64,000 nucleotides of DNA. Source: Polaromonas sp. (lineage in GTDB: Bacteria > Pseudomonadota > Gammaproteobacteria > Burkholderiales > Burkholderiaceae_C). The translations under genes were made by a program, and so were the position numbers. The notes beneath the pieces were generated by a model. It was not told the DNA's origin. It saw nothing but the letters and a program-made list of their open reading frames with translations, and made no database searches. Of the stretch, positions 30,247 through 42,543 are shown one piece after another; the stretch's first letter is position 1; every line of letters starts with the position of its first letter. Location of the stretch: positions 1,140 to 65,139 of the forward strand of contig JBBAPH010000019.1 of assembly GCA_040400935.1 (NCBI GenBank), written 5' to 3'.

Positions 30247-30552
30247 TTACCAGCTGGCCTTGGTGATACCAGGGATATCACCAGCAAAGGCCAACTCACG
30301 GATCTTGGCGCGAGCCAAGCCAAATTGACGGAACGTACCGCGTGGACGACCCGTGATCGCGCAGCGGTTGCGCTGGCGAGTCGGGTTGGCGTTGCGGGGC
30401 AACTTTTGCAACTCAAGGCGCGCCAGGGCGCGCTCTTCGTCCGAGCGCTTGGCGTCGTTCGAAGTAGCCTTGAGTTCAGCGTATTTCTTAGCGAACTTGG
30501 CGGCGAGTTTTTCGCGCTTGAGTTCACGTTGCAGCAGAGCTTGTTTTGCCAT
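30247..30552 (-). CDS. rpsN: 30S ribosomal protein S14 (101-aa non-zinc form)
   Basis: [22 protein letters not shown]; ATG at 30552. Confidence 0.97.
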   Translation of the reverse strand: MAKQALLQRELKREKLAAKFAKKYAELKATSNDAKRSDEERALARLELQKLPRNANPTRQRNRCAITGRPRGTFRQFGLARAKIRELAFAGDIPGITKASW

Positions 30553-30563
30553 CTTGCGCGCCT

Positions 30564-31103
30564 TCAGTTCTTGAACGGAAAACGGAAAGCGGTGAGGAGC
30601 GCCTTGCACTCTTCATCGGTCTTGGCCGTTGTGGTGATGCTGATATTGAGACCGCGCAAGGCGTCGACCTTGTCGTACTCGATTTCAGGGAAAATGATCT
30701 GCTCTTTCACGCCGATGTTGTAGTTACCGCGGCCATCGAAGGCACGACCGGAAATACCACGGAAGTCGCGAACACGGGGCAGAGCCACGGTGACGAAGCG
30801 ATCCAGGAATTCATACATCTGAACGCCGCGCAGCGTGACCATGCAACCGATTGGCAGGTCTTCACGAATCTTGAAGCCAGCGATAGCTTTCTTGGCCTTG
30901 GTGACCACAGGCTTTTGGCCGGCGATCTTGGCCATGTCACCCACGGCGTTGTCCATGACCTTCTTGTCGGCAACCGCCTCGCTCACACCCATGTTGAGCG
31001 TGATCTTGGTGATGCGAGGCACCTGCATGGGCGTGGTGTAGCCGAATTTTTCAATCAGCGCGGGTGCGATTTTCTCGCGGTATTGATCTTGCAAGCGTGC
31101 CAT
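30564..31103 (-). CDS. rplE: 50S ribosomal protein L5
   Basis: [30 protein letters not shown]. Confidence 0.98.
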   Translation of the reverse strand: MARLQDQYREKIAPALIEKFGYTTPMQVPRITKITLNMGVSEAVADKKVMDNAVGDMAKIAGQKPVVTKAKKAIAGFKIREDLPIGCMVTLRGVQMYEFLDRFVTVALPRVRDFRGISGRAFDGRGNYNIGVKEQIIFPEIEYDKVDALRGLNISITTTAKTDEECKALLTAFRFPFKN

Positions 31104-31105
31104 GT

Positions 31106-31426
31106 TTATGCAGCCTTAATTTCGTCGCCGCTGGACTTGAAGACGCGCACTTTTTTGCCGTCAGCCAACAACTTGATACCAACCCGATCCGCCTTGCCGG
31201 TAGACGCGTTGAAAATCGCGACATTGGACTGGTGAATCGGCATGTTTTTCTCAACGATGCCACCGGTGGCGCCCTTGAGGGGATTGGGCTTGGTGTGTTT
31301 TTTCACCAGGTTGATCCCGTCGACCAGCAGGTAGCTGTCGTCTTTGCGCTGGGCAACAGTGCCGCGCTTACCCTTGTCACGGCCCGCGAGCACGATGACT
31401 TCGTCGCCTTTGCGAATCTTGTTCAT
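31106..31426 (-). CDS. rplX: 50S ribosomal protein L24
   Basis: [23 protein letters not shown] motif. Confidence 0.98.
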   Translation of the reverse strand: MNKIRKGDEVIVLAGRDKGKRGTVAQRKDDSYLLVDGINLVKKHTKPNPLKGATGGIVEKNMPIHQSNVAIFNASTGKADRVGIKLLADGKKVRVFKSSGDEIKAA

Positions 31427-31438
31427 GGCAGTGTGTCC

Positions 31439-31807
31439 TTACAGAACTTCAGGAGCCAGGGACACGATCTTCATGAACTTTTCAGTGCGCAACTCGCGCG
31501 TCACTGGTCCGAAGATGCGGGTGCCGATAGGCTCCAGCTTGGCGTTGAGCAACACTGCCGCGTTGCCATCGAATTTGACGAGCGAGCCGTCGCCGCGACG
31601 TATGCCCTTGGCGGTACGAACCACCACAGCACTGTAGACCTCGCCTTTTTTGACGCGGCCGCGGGGAGCGGCTTCTTTGATGCTGACCTTGATGACATCA
31701 CCAACGCTGGCGTACCGGCGCTTGGATCCGCCCAGCACTTTGATGCACATCACGGATTTAGCACCCGTGTTGTCAGCAACATCGAGTTTGGATTGCGTTT
31801 GAATCAT
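31439..31807 (-). CDS. rplN: 50S ribosomal protein L14
   Basis: [30 protein letters not shown]. Confidence 0.99.
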   Translation of the reverse strand: MIQTQSKLDVADNTGAKSVMCIKVLGGSKRRYASVGDVIKVSIKEAAPRGRVKKGEVYSAVVVRTAKGIRRGDGSLVKFDGNAAVLLNAKLEPIGTRIFGPVTRELRTEKFMKIVSLAPEVL

Positions 31808-31955
31808 TTAAATTTTTCCCAACTTGCACCAGATGCCAGCCCTCGGAACCCGAGAAACCACCAGCCAGTCAGTCTTGGGCCCGTCGTCCACACCGCAAAC
31901 CACTTGCAATGCTTCCGCTGGGCAGAAGTCTCCGCTTTTTCTAGCGAAGCCCTCG

Positions 31956-31984
31956 ATTATCACCACTTTTCACGCTTGAGTCAA
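31956..31984 (-). promoter_or_regulatory. Sigma70-type promoter of the spc operon
   Basis: On the minus strand TTGACT (31984-31979), a 17-bp spacer and GATAAT (31961-31956), about 140 nt upstream of rplN. Confidence 0.65.
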
Positions 31985-32148
31985 CAACGCACCAAAAAAT
32001 ATCTAGGGGACCTGCCTATTCCCGTGAATCCCTCGCCTCTATCCGGCACCCGGGCGACATCGGGCACGGGCTTGCGGGCGAGCTTCCTCCCAGCGTCGCT
32101 GGGCGACAATTCGCTCTTCTTACCCTTCCTACCTAATAGTGAGCTCTC

Positions 32149-32976
32149 ATGTCCCTTGACTTGCAAGACAAGACCCTGGCCTTCATTGGCGGCGGCAACA
32201 TGGCCATCGCCGTCGTCGGCGGCTTGCTCAAAAAAGGGCTGGCGCCCAGCCAGGTGCTGATAGTCGAGCCATATGAAACTCAGCGCCAGCGGCTGCAAGG
32301 CGAACTCGGGGTAAAAGCCTTGGCGGCACCGGAGGCGTCTTTAGACAAGGCCCAACTGGTCGTCTGGGCTGTGAAGCCCCAGACTTTCAAAGAAGCCGCA
32401 GCGCAAGTGCGGCCCTTCACGGGCCAAGCCCTGCACCTGAGCGTGGCTGCGGGTATTCGATCGGACAGCATTGCCCAATGGCTGAGCAGCGAGCGGGTGG
32501 TGCGGGCCATGCCGAACACGCCTGCCCTGATCGGCCAAGGCATGACCGCCTTGTTTGCTCGCCCCGCCGTGGCAGAAGCAGAGCGCAGTCTGGTCGAGGC
32601 CGTCATTCGCACCACGGGCGACTGCCTGTGGCTCAAAGAAGAGCAGCAGTTGGACGCCGTCACCGCGCTGTCCGGCTCCGGCCCGGCCTATGTGTTTTAT
32701 TTCATTGAGGCGATGATCGAAGCTGGCACGGCCATGGGTCTGTCGCCCGAGCAGGCCCGCCGCTTGGCCGTGGGCACCTTCACCGGTGCATCGGCCTTGA
32801 CGGCCAACTCCTCTGAGCCACCCGCTGTGCTGCGCGAACGGGTCACCAGCAAGGGGGGCACGACCTACGCTGCGCTGACCGCGATGGAACGGGCCGGAAT
32901 GAAAAACAGCTTTATCGCGGCCATGCAGGCCGCCAAGCAACGGGCCACTGCTTTGGGTGACGAGTTTGGCGCCTGA
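32149..32976 (+). CDS. proC: Pyrroline-5-carboxylate reductase
   Basis: FIGGGNM, AVKPQ, RAMPNTP, TALSGSGPAY, VTSKGGTT. Confidence 0.96.
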   Translation: MSLDLQDKTLAFIGGGNMAIAVVGGLLKKGLAPSQVLIVEPYETQRQRLQGELGVKALAAPEASLDKAQLVVWAVKPQTFKEAAAQVRPFTGQALHLSVAAGIRSDSIAQWLSSERVVRAMPNTPALIGQGMTALFARPAVAEAERSLVEAVIRTTGDCLWLKEEQQLDAVTALSGSGPAYVFYFIEAMIEAGTAMGLSPEQARRLAVGTFTGASALTANSSEPPAVLRERVTSKGGTTYAALTAMERAGMKNSFIAAMQAAKQRATALGDEFGA

Positions 32977-33210
32977 AAGCTGGCTGCATGGCACTGTCGG
33001 CAAAGGCACAACAGTTGAGCAACATTTCAAAACAATTGGAATGGCTTAATGCGAACCCTTTGGGCTGAACGGTCAACCCTGCAGGACGCACGGACGTTGA
33101 GAGAAGACACCAGCCAAAAGCCCGGTGCGAGGTCAGGACGGTGTTTTAATCGCTGCTGACTTGATGTCCATCTTGTTTATCTCAACTCTTTCACTTCAAC
33201 TGGATCTCTC

Positions 33211-33438
33211 ATGATGAAACCCGCCACTTTCGCCAGCGCCACCGTGATCGCTTTGGCCCTGGGCCTGAGCTCTGCCGCTTTCGCCCAAGCCACGCCAGCC
33301 GCACCGGCTGCCCCTGCCATGCCTGCAGCAGCACCTGCTGCTCCAGCTGCAGCCGCTGCTGACAAAGCTGCTCCTGCCAAGAAGGCTAAGAAAGCCAAGA
33401 AGGCCAAGAAAGCCAAGGCCGACAAAGCCGCTAGCTGA
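33211..33438 (+). CDS. Small secreted Ala/Pro- and Lys-rich protein
   Basis: Signal peptide ending AFA-Q; mature part is PAAPA repeats and a KKAKKAKKAKKAK tail; its own terminator follows. Confidence 0.75.
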   Translation: MMKPATFASATVIALALGLSSAAFAQATPAAPAAPAMPAAAPAAPAAAAADKAAPAKKAKKAKKAKKAKADKAAS

Positions 33439-33480
33439 TCGCCAGATCAAGGGACGCTCAAGCGTCCCTCAAGCGCTTCA

Positions 33481-33506
33481 AAGGGTCCGCATGTCGGGCC
33501 CTTTTT
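33481..33506 (+). terminator. Rho-independent terminator
   Basis: AAGGGTCCG-CATGT-CGGGCCCTTTTT; preceded by a second hairpin AGGGACGC-TCAA-GCGTCCCT. Confidence 0.75.
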
Positions 33507-33537
33507 CATTTCTGTCATTTCTGATTGACGGAGCGCC

Positions 33538-34428
33538 CTAGTACGACAGGGCCACACCGACAAAAACCGCAAAGCCCAGCCAGTGGTTCAAGCGAAAGGC
33601 TTTGAAGCAGCCTTCTCGCTCGCGGTGGCGGATCAGCAACACATGCCAGACGGCCTGTCCTAGCGCCACCGCCCAGGCCAGCCCCACCGCCCAGGGTCTG
33701 GCCACGGGCATCAAGGCCCAGGCCCAGATGACCAGGTAAAGCGCATAACTGAGCGCAATAGCCGGCACATCCCAGCGGCCCAAGGTGATGGCTGAGGTCT
33801 TCATGCCGATCTTCAGGTCGTCATCACGGTCCACCATGGCGTATTCGGTGTCGTAGGCCAAAACCCAGAACAAATTGCCGAGCAGCAATACCCAGGCCAT
33901 CAGCGGCACACGAGACTGCACCGCCGCAAAAGCCATGGGAATGCCAAAGCTGAAAGCCACACCCAGCACGGCTTGCGGCATGGACACATAGCGTTTGGCG
34001 AAGGGATAAGCCAGCGTCACGGCCAGCGCCGCGAACGACCAAGCCACGGTGGCCGGGTTCGTCGTGAGCACCAGGGCAAACGCGGCGAGTGCCAAGCCCG
34101 CGCCCAACCACAAAGCCTCTTTGACCGACACGGCGCCCGAGGTGACAGGCCGCTGCGCGGTGCGCTTGACGTGCTTGTCAAAGTCGCGGTCGGCCACGTC
34201 ATTGACGCAGCAGCCCGCGCTGCGCATCAGCACCGTCCCCAGCGTGAAGACCAGCAGCAAATGCCAACCTGGAAAGCCACCCGCCGCGATCCACAAAGCC
34301 GACAAGGTGGGCCAGAGCAACAGCAGCCAGCCAGCAGGCCGGTCCCAGCGCACGAGCTGCAAGTACAGCTGGAATTTACCGGGGCCAGGCCCGTCCACGG
34401 GTGGCAATGAAGATGAGGGAGCCACCAA
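33538..34428 (-). CDS. ubiA: 4-hydroxybenzoate polyprenyltransferase
   Basis: [43 protein letters not shown]; start codon approximate. Confidence 0.95.
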   Translation of the reverse strand: MVAPSSSLPPVDGPGPGKFQLYLQLVRWDRPAGWLLLLWPTLSALWIAAGGFPGWHLLLVFTLGTVLMRSAGCCVNDVADRDFDKHVKRTAQRPVTSGAVSVKEALWLGAGLALAAFALVLTTNPATVAWSFAALAVTLAYPFAKRYVSMPQAVLGVAFSFGIPMAFAAVQSRVPLMAWVLLLGNLFWVLAYDTEYAMVDRDDDLKIGMKTSAITLGRWDVPAIALSYALYLVIWAWALMPVARPWAVGLAWAVALGQAVWHVLLIRHREREGCFKAFRLNHWLGFAVFVGVALSY

Positions 34429-34432
34429 ACTG

Positions 34433-34975
34433 TTATTCCTCCAGCAAGGAGCGCAGCATCCAGGCGGTTTTTTCGTGGATGGCCATGCGCTGCGTTAGCA
34501 GGTCGGCGCTGACCTCATCAGCCGCGGCATCCGCCAATGCAAACAACTCACGCGCTGTACGCACCACCGTTTCATGGCCCTGGACCAAGATGCGCACCAT
34601 CTCCAGCGCCGGCGGCGGCTGGGACGGCACGTCAGGCACCCGCGCCAACTGGCCGAACTGCGCATAAGAGCCTGGCGCGGGATGACCCAGCGCGCGAATG
34701 CGCTCGGCAATCGGGTCGGCCGCCGTCCACAGTTCGGTGTACTGGGTCATGAACATCAGATGCAAGGTGTTGAACATGGGCCCGGTCACGTTCCAGTGGA
34801 AGTTGTGCGTGGTCAGGTAGAGGGTGTAGGTGTCGGCCAGCAGGCGGCCCAGGCCTTGGGCAATGGCTTGGCGGTCATCCTGGCTCAGGCCGATGTTCAG
34901 GCCTTGGGTGGGCGCATCGGTGGCGCTGGACGCGCCGAAAGCAGGGTTGGACATTGGGCTGGAGGAGGTGTTCAT
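34433..34975 (-). CDS. dps: Dps family DNA starvation/stationary phase protection protein
   Basis: [36 protein letters not shown] ferroxidase motifs; start approximate. Confidence 0.93.
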   Translation of the reverse strand: MNTSSSPMSNPAFGASSATDAPTQGLNIGLSQDDRQAIAQGLGRLLADTYTLYLTTHNFHWNVTGPMFNTLHLMFMTQYTELWTAADPIAERIRALGHPAPGSYAQFGQLARVPDVPSQPPPALEMVRILVQGHETVVRTARELFALADAAADEVSADLLTQRMAIHEKTAWMLRSLLEE

Positions 34976-35075
34976 GCGCATTCCTTTGGCTTGAAAGTAG
35001 ACGGTCGGGCACACATGCTAGAACTGGGCTCCGCGCCCGTCTATAGGAGAAGGGCCGCAGACCGCAGGCATCACC

Positions 35076-35099
35076 GCAAAACAGCAAAACAGCAAAACA
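35076..35099 (+). repeat. Short tandem repeat 3 x GCAAAACA
   Basis: Exact 8-bp unit repeated three times in the oxyR-dps spacer. Confidence 0.75.
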
Positions 35100-35123
35100 G
35101 CTCATGACAGACGAAATGCCAGC

Positions 35124-36161
35124 TCAGGACAAGCGCTGCACACCCGGCAGTTCGCAGGCGTAAATAGCGTTGCGCAAAGCGGCAATGGCTTCATAACGCG
35201 TGAAACTGCGTCGCCAGGCCAGCACCACGCGCCGGGTGGGCACATGGCCGTCAAACGGCAGGTAGGTGATGTGCGGCACGTCACCGCTGTAGGCGGCTGA
35301 CGGGGGCGCGGCGATAGCGCCGATAGCGCCGATACCGGACTTGCCCGCTTTCCCGGATTTGCCAGCTTTGGGTTGGGCCGCTTCCCTGCTCTCCAGTTGG
35401 CCCTTGGGCACGCTTAAGCGCGGCACCAGGGTCACACCCATGCCAGCGGCCACCATGTACTTGATGGTCTCCAGCGACGAGCCTTCAAAGCTCTTGCGAA
35501 TGCCTTCGGCGCTGCTCGAAAAACGGGCGAACTCGGGGCAGACCTCCAGCACGTGGTCGCGAAAGCAGTGGCCGTTGCCCAGCAGCAGCATGGTTTCGCG
35601 CTTGAGCTCTTCGGCCGTGATGTGGCTGCGCTTGGCCAGCTCGTGCGCGCTGGGCACGGCGGCCACAAAGGGCTCGTCGTACAGCGGAGCAATGGCCAGG
35701 TTGGTGTCCGGGAAAGGCTCAGCCAGGATGGCGCAGTCGATCTCGCCCGTACGCAATTCTTCGAGCAGCTTGACGGTGAAGTTTTCTTGCAGCATCAGCG
35801 GCATTTGCGGGTTCTTGGCAATCGTCTGGCGCACCAGGTCGGGCAGCAAATAAGGGCCGATGGTGTAGATGATGCCCAGGCGTAGCGCACCGGCCAGCGG
35901 GTCTTTGCCACGCTTGGCAATCTCGCGAATGCTGTCGGCCTGCTCCAACACGCTTTGGGCCTGACGCACGATTTCCTCGCCCAGCGGCGTGACCGTGATC
36001 TCGTTGGCGTTGCGCTCAAACAGCTTGACCTGCAGTTCTTCTTCGAGCTTTTTGATGGCCACACTCAGGGTCGGCTGCGACACATGGCAGGCGTCAGCGC
36101 CCCGGCCAAAGTGCTTTTCGCGGGCGACCGCCACGATGTATTTGAGTTCGGTCAGGGTCAT
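35124..36161 (-). CDS. oxyR: Hydrogen peroxide-sensing LysR regulator OxyR
   Basis: LysR HTH MTLTELKYIVAVARE...SQPTLS; redox cysteine pair GHCFRDHVLEVC; recG-oxyR-dps context. Confidence 0.93.
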   Translation of the reverse strand: MTLTELKYIVAVAREKHFGRGADACHVSQPTLSVAIKKLEEELQVKLFERNANEITVTPLGEEIVRQAQSVLEQADSIREIAKRGKDPLAGALRLGIIYTIGPYLLPDLVRQTIAKNPQMPLMLQENFTVKLLEELRTGEIDCAILAEPFPDTNLAIAPLYDEPFVAAVPSAHELAKRSHITAEELKRETMLLLGNGHCFRDHVLEVCPEFARFSSSAEGIRKSFEGSSLETIKYMVAAGMGVTLVPRLSVPKGQLESREAAQPKAGKSGKAGKSGIGAIGAIAAPPSAAYSGDVPHITYLPFDGHVPTRRVVLAWRRSFTRYEAIAALRNAIYACELPGVQRLS

Positions 36162-36183
36162 GGCACTATTGTGCAGGGCGCGC

Positions 36184-38262
<2,079 letters not shown>

Positions 38263-38370
38263 GCGCAATTGTGCCTTTGACCCATGGCGGTGCGCCCGAG
38301 CGCCAGATGAGGTCGTGACACAATCACGCCCTCCTCCACTTGGAACGGGCCCGTCCGGCCCTCAAGCAAC

Positions 38371-39438
38371 ATGACCTCTTCGCTTCCGCCGGCACCACTG
38401 CCGCGCACCGCCTTCACCCTCCAAGACTTCGACTTCGAGCTGCCGCCCGAGCTGATCGCTCAGCACCCGGCTGCCGAACGGACTGGTTCCCGTTTGCTGG
38501 ACGGCCGTGGCCCTGGCCCGGTGGACCGGCAGTTTGCCGACTTGCCCAGCCTGTTAAGGGCCGGCGATTTGCTGGTCTTCAATGACACCCAAGTCGTCAA
38601 GGCCCGCTTGTTTGGCAACAAGGCCAGCGGCGGGCGGCTGGAGCTCTTGATAGAGCGCGTGCTGGATCAGCAGACAGGGGAAGTGGCCGCCCACATGAAA
38701 GTCAGCAAAAAGCCGCTGCCCGGTGCGGTGCTGCAGATGGACGGCGGCTTCACCGCGACCTTGCTGGGCCGCTGGCCCGAGGCGAGCGGGCCGCTTTACC
38801 GCTTCAAACTGAATGCAGACCCGTATGCGCTGATGGCTGCGCATGGCCATGTGCCGCTGCCGCCCTACATCACGCACAACGACTCGGCCGAGGACGAGTC
38901 GCGCTACCAAACCGTGTTTGCCAAGCGCCCCGGCGCGGTTGCGGCGCCGACCGCTGCGCTGCACTTTGACCAGCCCATGCTGGATCGTTTGAAAGCCGCT
39001 GGCATTGCCCAGGCCAGCGTCACGCTGCATGTAGGAGCGGGCACCTTCCAGCCGGTCAAGGCCGAACGCATTGCCGACCATGTGATGCACTACGAACGCT
39101 TTGAAGTGCCGGCTTCGACGCAGCAAGCGATTACCGACTGCCGAGCCCGCGGCGGCCGCGTAGTCGCCATCGGTACCACCACCGTGCGGGCGCTGGAATC
39201 GGCCGCGCACTTCGGCCCCGGCTGCGACGACACCAACATCTTTATCACCCCGGGCTTTGAGTTCAAGGTGGTGGACCTGCTGCTGACCAATTTTCATTTA
39301 CCCAAAAGCACGCTGATGATGCTGATCAGCGCCCTGGCCGGCCACCCGCATGTGATGGCACTGTATGCCCATGCCATTGCCCAGCGCTACCGCTTTTTCA
39401 GCTACGGCGACGCCATGCTGCTGGCGCGTACCCCCTGA
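38371..39438 (+). CDS. queA: S-adenosylmethionine:tRNA ribosyltransferase-isomerase
   Basis: DFELPPELIAQHP, LPPYI, YQTVFA, AAPTAALHF, TNFHLPKSTL, FFSYGDAM. Confidence 0.97.
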   Translation: MTSSLPPAPLPRTAFTLQDFDFELPPELIAQHPAAERTGSRLLDGRGPGPVDRQFADLPSLLRAGDLLVFNDTQVVKARLFGNKASGGRLELLIERVLDQQTGEVAAHMKVSKKPLPGAVLQMDGGFTATLLGRWPEASGPLYRFKLNADPYALMAAHGHVPLPPYITHNDSAEDESRYQTVFAKRPGAVAAPTAALHFDQPMLDRLKAAGIAQASVTLHVGAGTFQPVKAERIADHVMHYERFEVPASTQQAITDCRARGGRVVAIGTTTVRALESAAHFGPGCDDTNIFITPGFEFKVVDLLLTNFHLPKSTLMMLISALAGHPHVMALYAHAIAQRYRFFSYGDAMLLARTP

Positions 39439-39458
39439 GCTTCCTGAACCACTGCTGA

Positions 39459-40655
<1,197 letters not shown>

Positions 40656-40662
40656 GGCACAA

Positions 40663-40683
40663 GCGACTAGCGACTAGCGACTC
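40663..40683 (+). repeat. Short tandem repeat about 3 x GCGACTA
   Basis: GCGACTA GCGACTA GCGACTC between the convergent tgt and HTH genes. Confidence 0.65.
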
Positions 40684-41107
40684 AGGCGACCACGGCAGGT
40701 GGTTGCGGACGGATGCTGGCAGCCAGCGCCAACGCTGCCACCACATCGCGGGCCACCTTGCGTTCATTGATGGGCAGGGCGAGGTAGCGGTCCAACATCT
40801 CCCGGTCCGCCATGTTCAAGGCGTTGTCCGGGCCGTCCTCGCGCACCAGGTGTTTTTCCACACTTTGGCCAAAGCGCAGCACGTCTGGCCCGACATGCAG
40901 CCACTGCGCCAGCACCCGCAGTTTGTCCTGGGTCGGCATGGTTTTACCCAGCAACCAGTTGCGCGCCGTGTGCGAGGTGATGCTGCGACCCCAGTACCGC
41001 AGGTTGAATTCATTTGCCACCACCGTGGGCGACGGCCGCACCCCGGCGCATTGCAAGGCCTCACGCAGGCGCTCGGCAAAAGCTTGGGTTTCGGTCAACG
41101 AATTCAT
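40682..41107 (-). CDS. XRE/Cro-like helix-turn-helix protein
   Basis: FAERLREAL...ITSHTARNWLLGKTMPTQDKLRVLAQWLHV resembles a cI/XRE HTH; short C-terminal helical domain. Confidence 0.65.
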   Translation of the reverse strand: MNSLTETQAFAERLREALQCAGVRPSPTVVANEFNLRYWGRSITSHTARNWLLGKTMPTQDKLRVLAQWLHVGPDVLRFGQSVEKHLVREDGPDNALNMADREMLDRYLALPINERKVARDVVAALALAASIRPQPPAVVA

Positions 41108-41255
41108 GCGTTGAAGGTAAAGCTGGCTCTACCTTGGGATTTGATTTTTACTCAGTAATAACTGAAATCTTAATCAAATTGCAAAAGAATGCAAACGGTT
41201 ATCCCATTGCCTGCCGGAAAACCTGGTGGGTGGTTCGCTGTTGCCCAGCCAGCAG

Positions 41256-42536
41256 TCACTGCGGCACGGTGAACACCGTGAGCACGCCGGTGTAACCGTA
41301 GAGGTGGCGCCGGGCGATTTCCCCACCGGCGAAAAAGCCCACCAACGGCACATCGCCCAAAGCGCGGCGCACGGTTTGCATCTCGGCGCTGACCCCGCCA
41401 AAATGCGCGCCGCCCCGGCCGGAGCAGCTCACATAAATGGCGCCCGCGATGCGCCGGGCCGGATGCGGAGCGGCGTCCGCCTGGTCGCCCGACAGGGTCT
41501 GCGCCAGCTCGGCAGCGACTTCCTCGGGCTCCAGCGCTTCCCGGATCTCGGCGCAGACCCGCACCAGATCGCGCTTGGCAGCCTGGGCATTGCGTTCGCA
41601 AAACGCCAGCTGCATGCCCAACTCAGGCACCTCGGCAATGGCAATGCCCTGGCGGGCCGGGTCCAGGCCAATCACGTGGCGCACCAGCACGTCAGCGCCA
41701 AACTGACCGGCCCGGCGCAAGCTGCCGTCGGCTAAGCTGGCCTGCGGGCTGCGCAAACCCACCAGCGTGCGGCGGACTTTCTCCAGCGCTTCCTGCGGCC
41801 TGTCCAGCGAGACCTGCAAGTCGGCCAGCATGACTTCGAGGGCGGGCTGACCGTCCAGCCCCGTGATGACATTGCCTTCCACCGCCGTGATCTCGTGCTC
41901 TGGCGAGATCGGGCTGCACCCTTGCGTGACACGCGACATCAGCGCGGCCGACTGCGCAAACGCCACACCGCTCAAGCCCCCTTGGAACACGCCGCCCGCA
42001 GCGCCCTGGCCGCTCAAATTGCCTTGCGCGGCCGACGCGAATTGCACCTGTGCGGCGCGGCTGGACGACAAGCCACCGAACACGTAACCGCTACCGGTGC
42101 GCTCGGCAATGTCGCCAATCAGCTCGGCCACGTCGGGCGTGCTGGCGTCGGCATGAACCAAGGCCGTGTGCGCCTGGAAGGGCGAAGCCCCGAGCGCAGG
42201 CAACGGTGCCACACCTGAAAAAACCCGGTACTGCCCGCCCGGCAAATCGCACAGCATGAGCGCCAGGGCGGGTTCGTCCATGTATTCCACGTTGTTGGAT
42301 GCAATGCCCACGCCCACGGTGCCGCTCCAGTCGGTGACTTCAGGCAACTCAGCGCTCAGGTGGTCCAGGATATCTTGCGCATAAGGCGCGTAATGGTCCG
42401 TGATGTACAGCAGACCCAAGGTGGGCGCGCTGGCATACGTGGGCAAGGCCATCTGAGCGCGCAACTGGGCCAGCACCAGACCGGCGGCCATGGGCCACTG
42501 CGGGTGGGTGGCGTGGCCAAAGGGAAACAAGGTCAT
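41256..42536 (-). CDS. FIST N/C domain-containing protein (NosP-like)
   Basis: WSGTVGVG, VFGGLSS, SRVTQGCSPI, DVLVRHVIGLD, YVSCSGRG, GFFAGGEI, GYTGVL. Confidence 0.88.
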   Translation of the reverse strand: MTLFPFGHATHPQWPMAAGLVLAQLRAQMALPTYASAPTLGLLYITDHYAPYAQDILDHLSAELPEVTDWSGTVGVGIASNNVEYMDEPALALMLCDLPGGQYRVFSGVAPLPALGASPFQAHTALVHADASTPDVAELIGDIAERTGSGYVFGGLSSSRAAQVQFASAAQGNLSGQGAAGGVFQGGLSGVAFAQSAALMSRVTQGCSPISPEHEITAVEGNVITGLDGQPALEVMLADLQVSLDRPQEALEKVRRTLVGLRSPQASLADGSLRRAGQFGADVLVRHVIGLDPARQGIAIAEVPELGMQLAFCERNAQAAKRDLVRVCAEIREALEPEEVAAELAQTLSGDQADAAPHPARRIAGAIYVSCSGRGGAHFGGVSAEMQTVRRALGDVPLVGFFAGGEIARRHLYGYTGVLTVFTVPQ

Positions 42537-42543
42537 AGGCTTG

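Noticed and set aside
23472-32260. Many plus-strand ORFs opposite the ribosomal operon (e.g. 23472-24479, 26361-27686, 31064-32260)
   Set aside because: Antisense shadows of highly biased r-protein, secY and rpoA genes.
32995-33010. TGT-N10-ACA motif upstream of the small secreted protein
   Set aside because: Single weak match with no sigma54 -24/-12 element recognised nearby; expected by chance.
34976-35123. OxyR binding site upstream of dps
   Set aside because: Plausible from context, but only a lone CTATAG is visible, not the ATAG-N7-CTAT repeat pattern.
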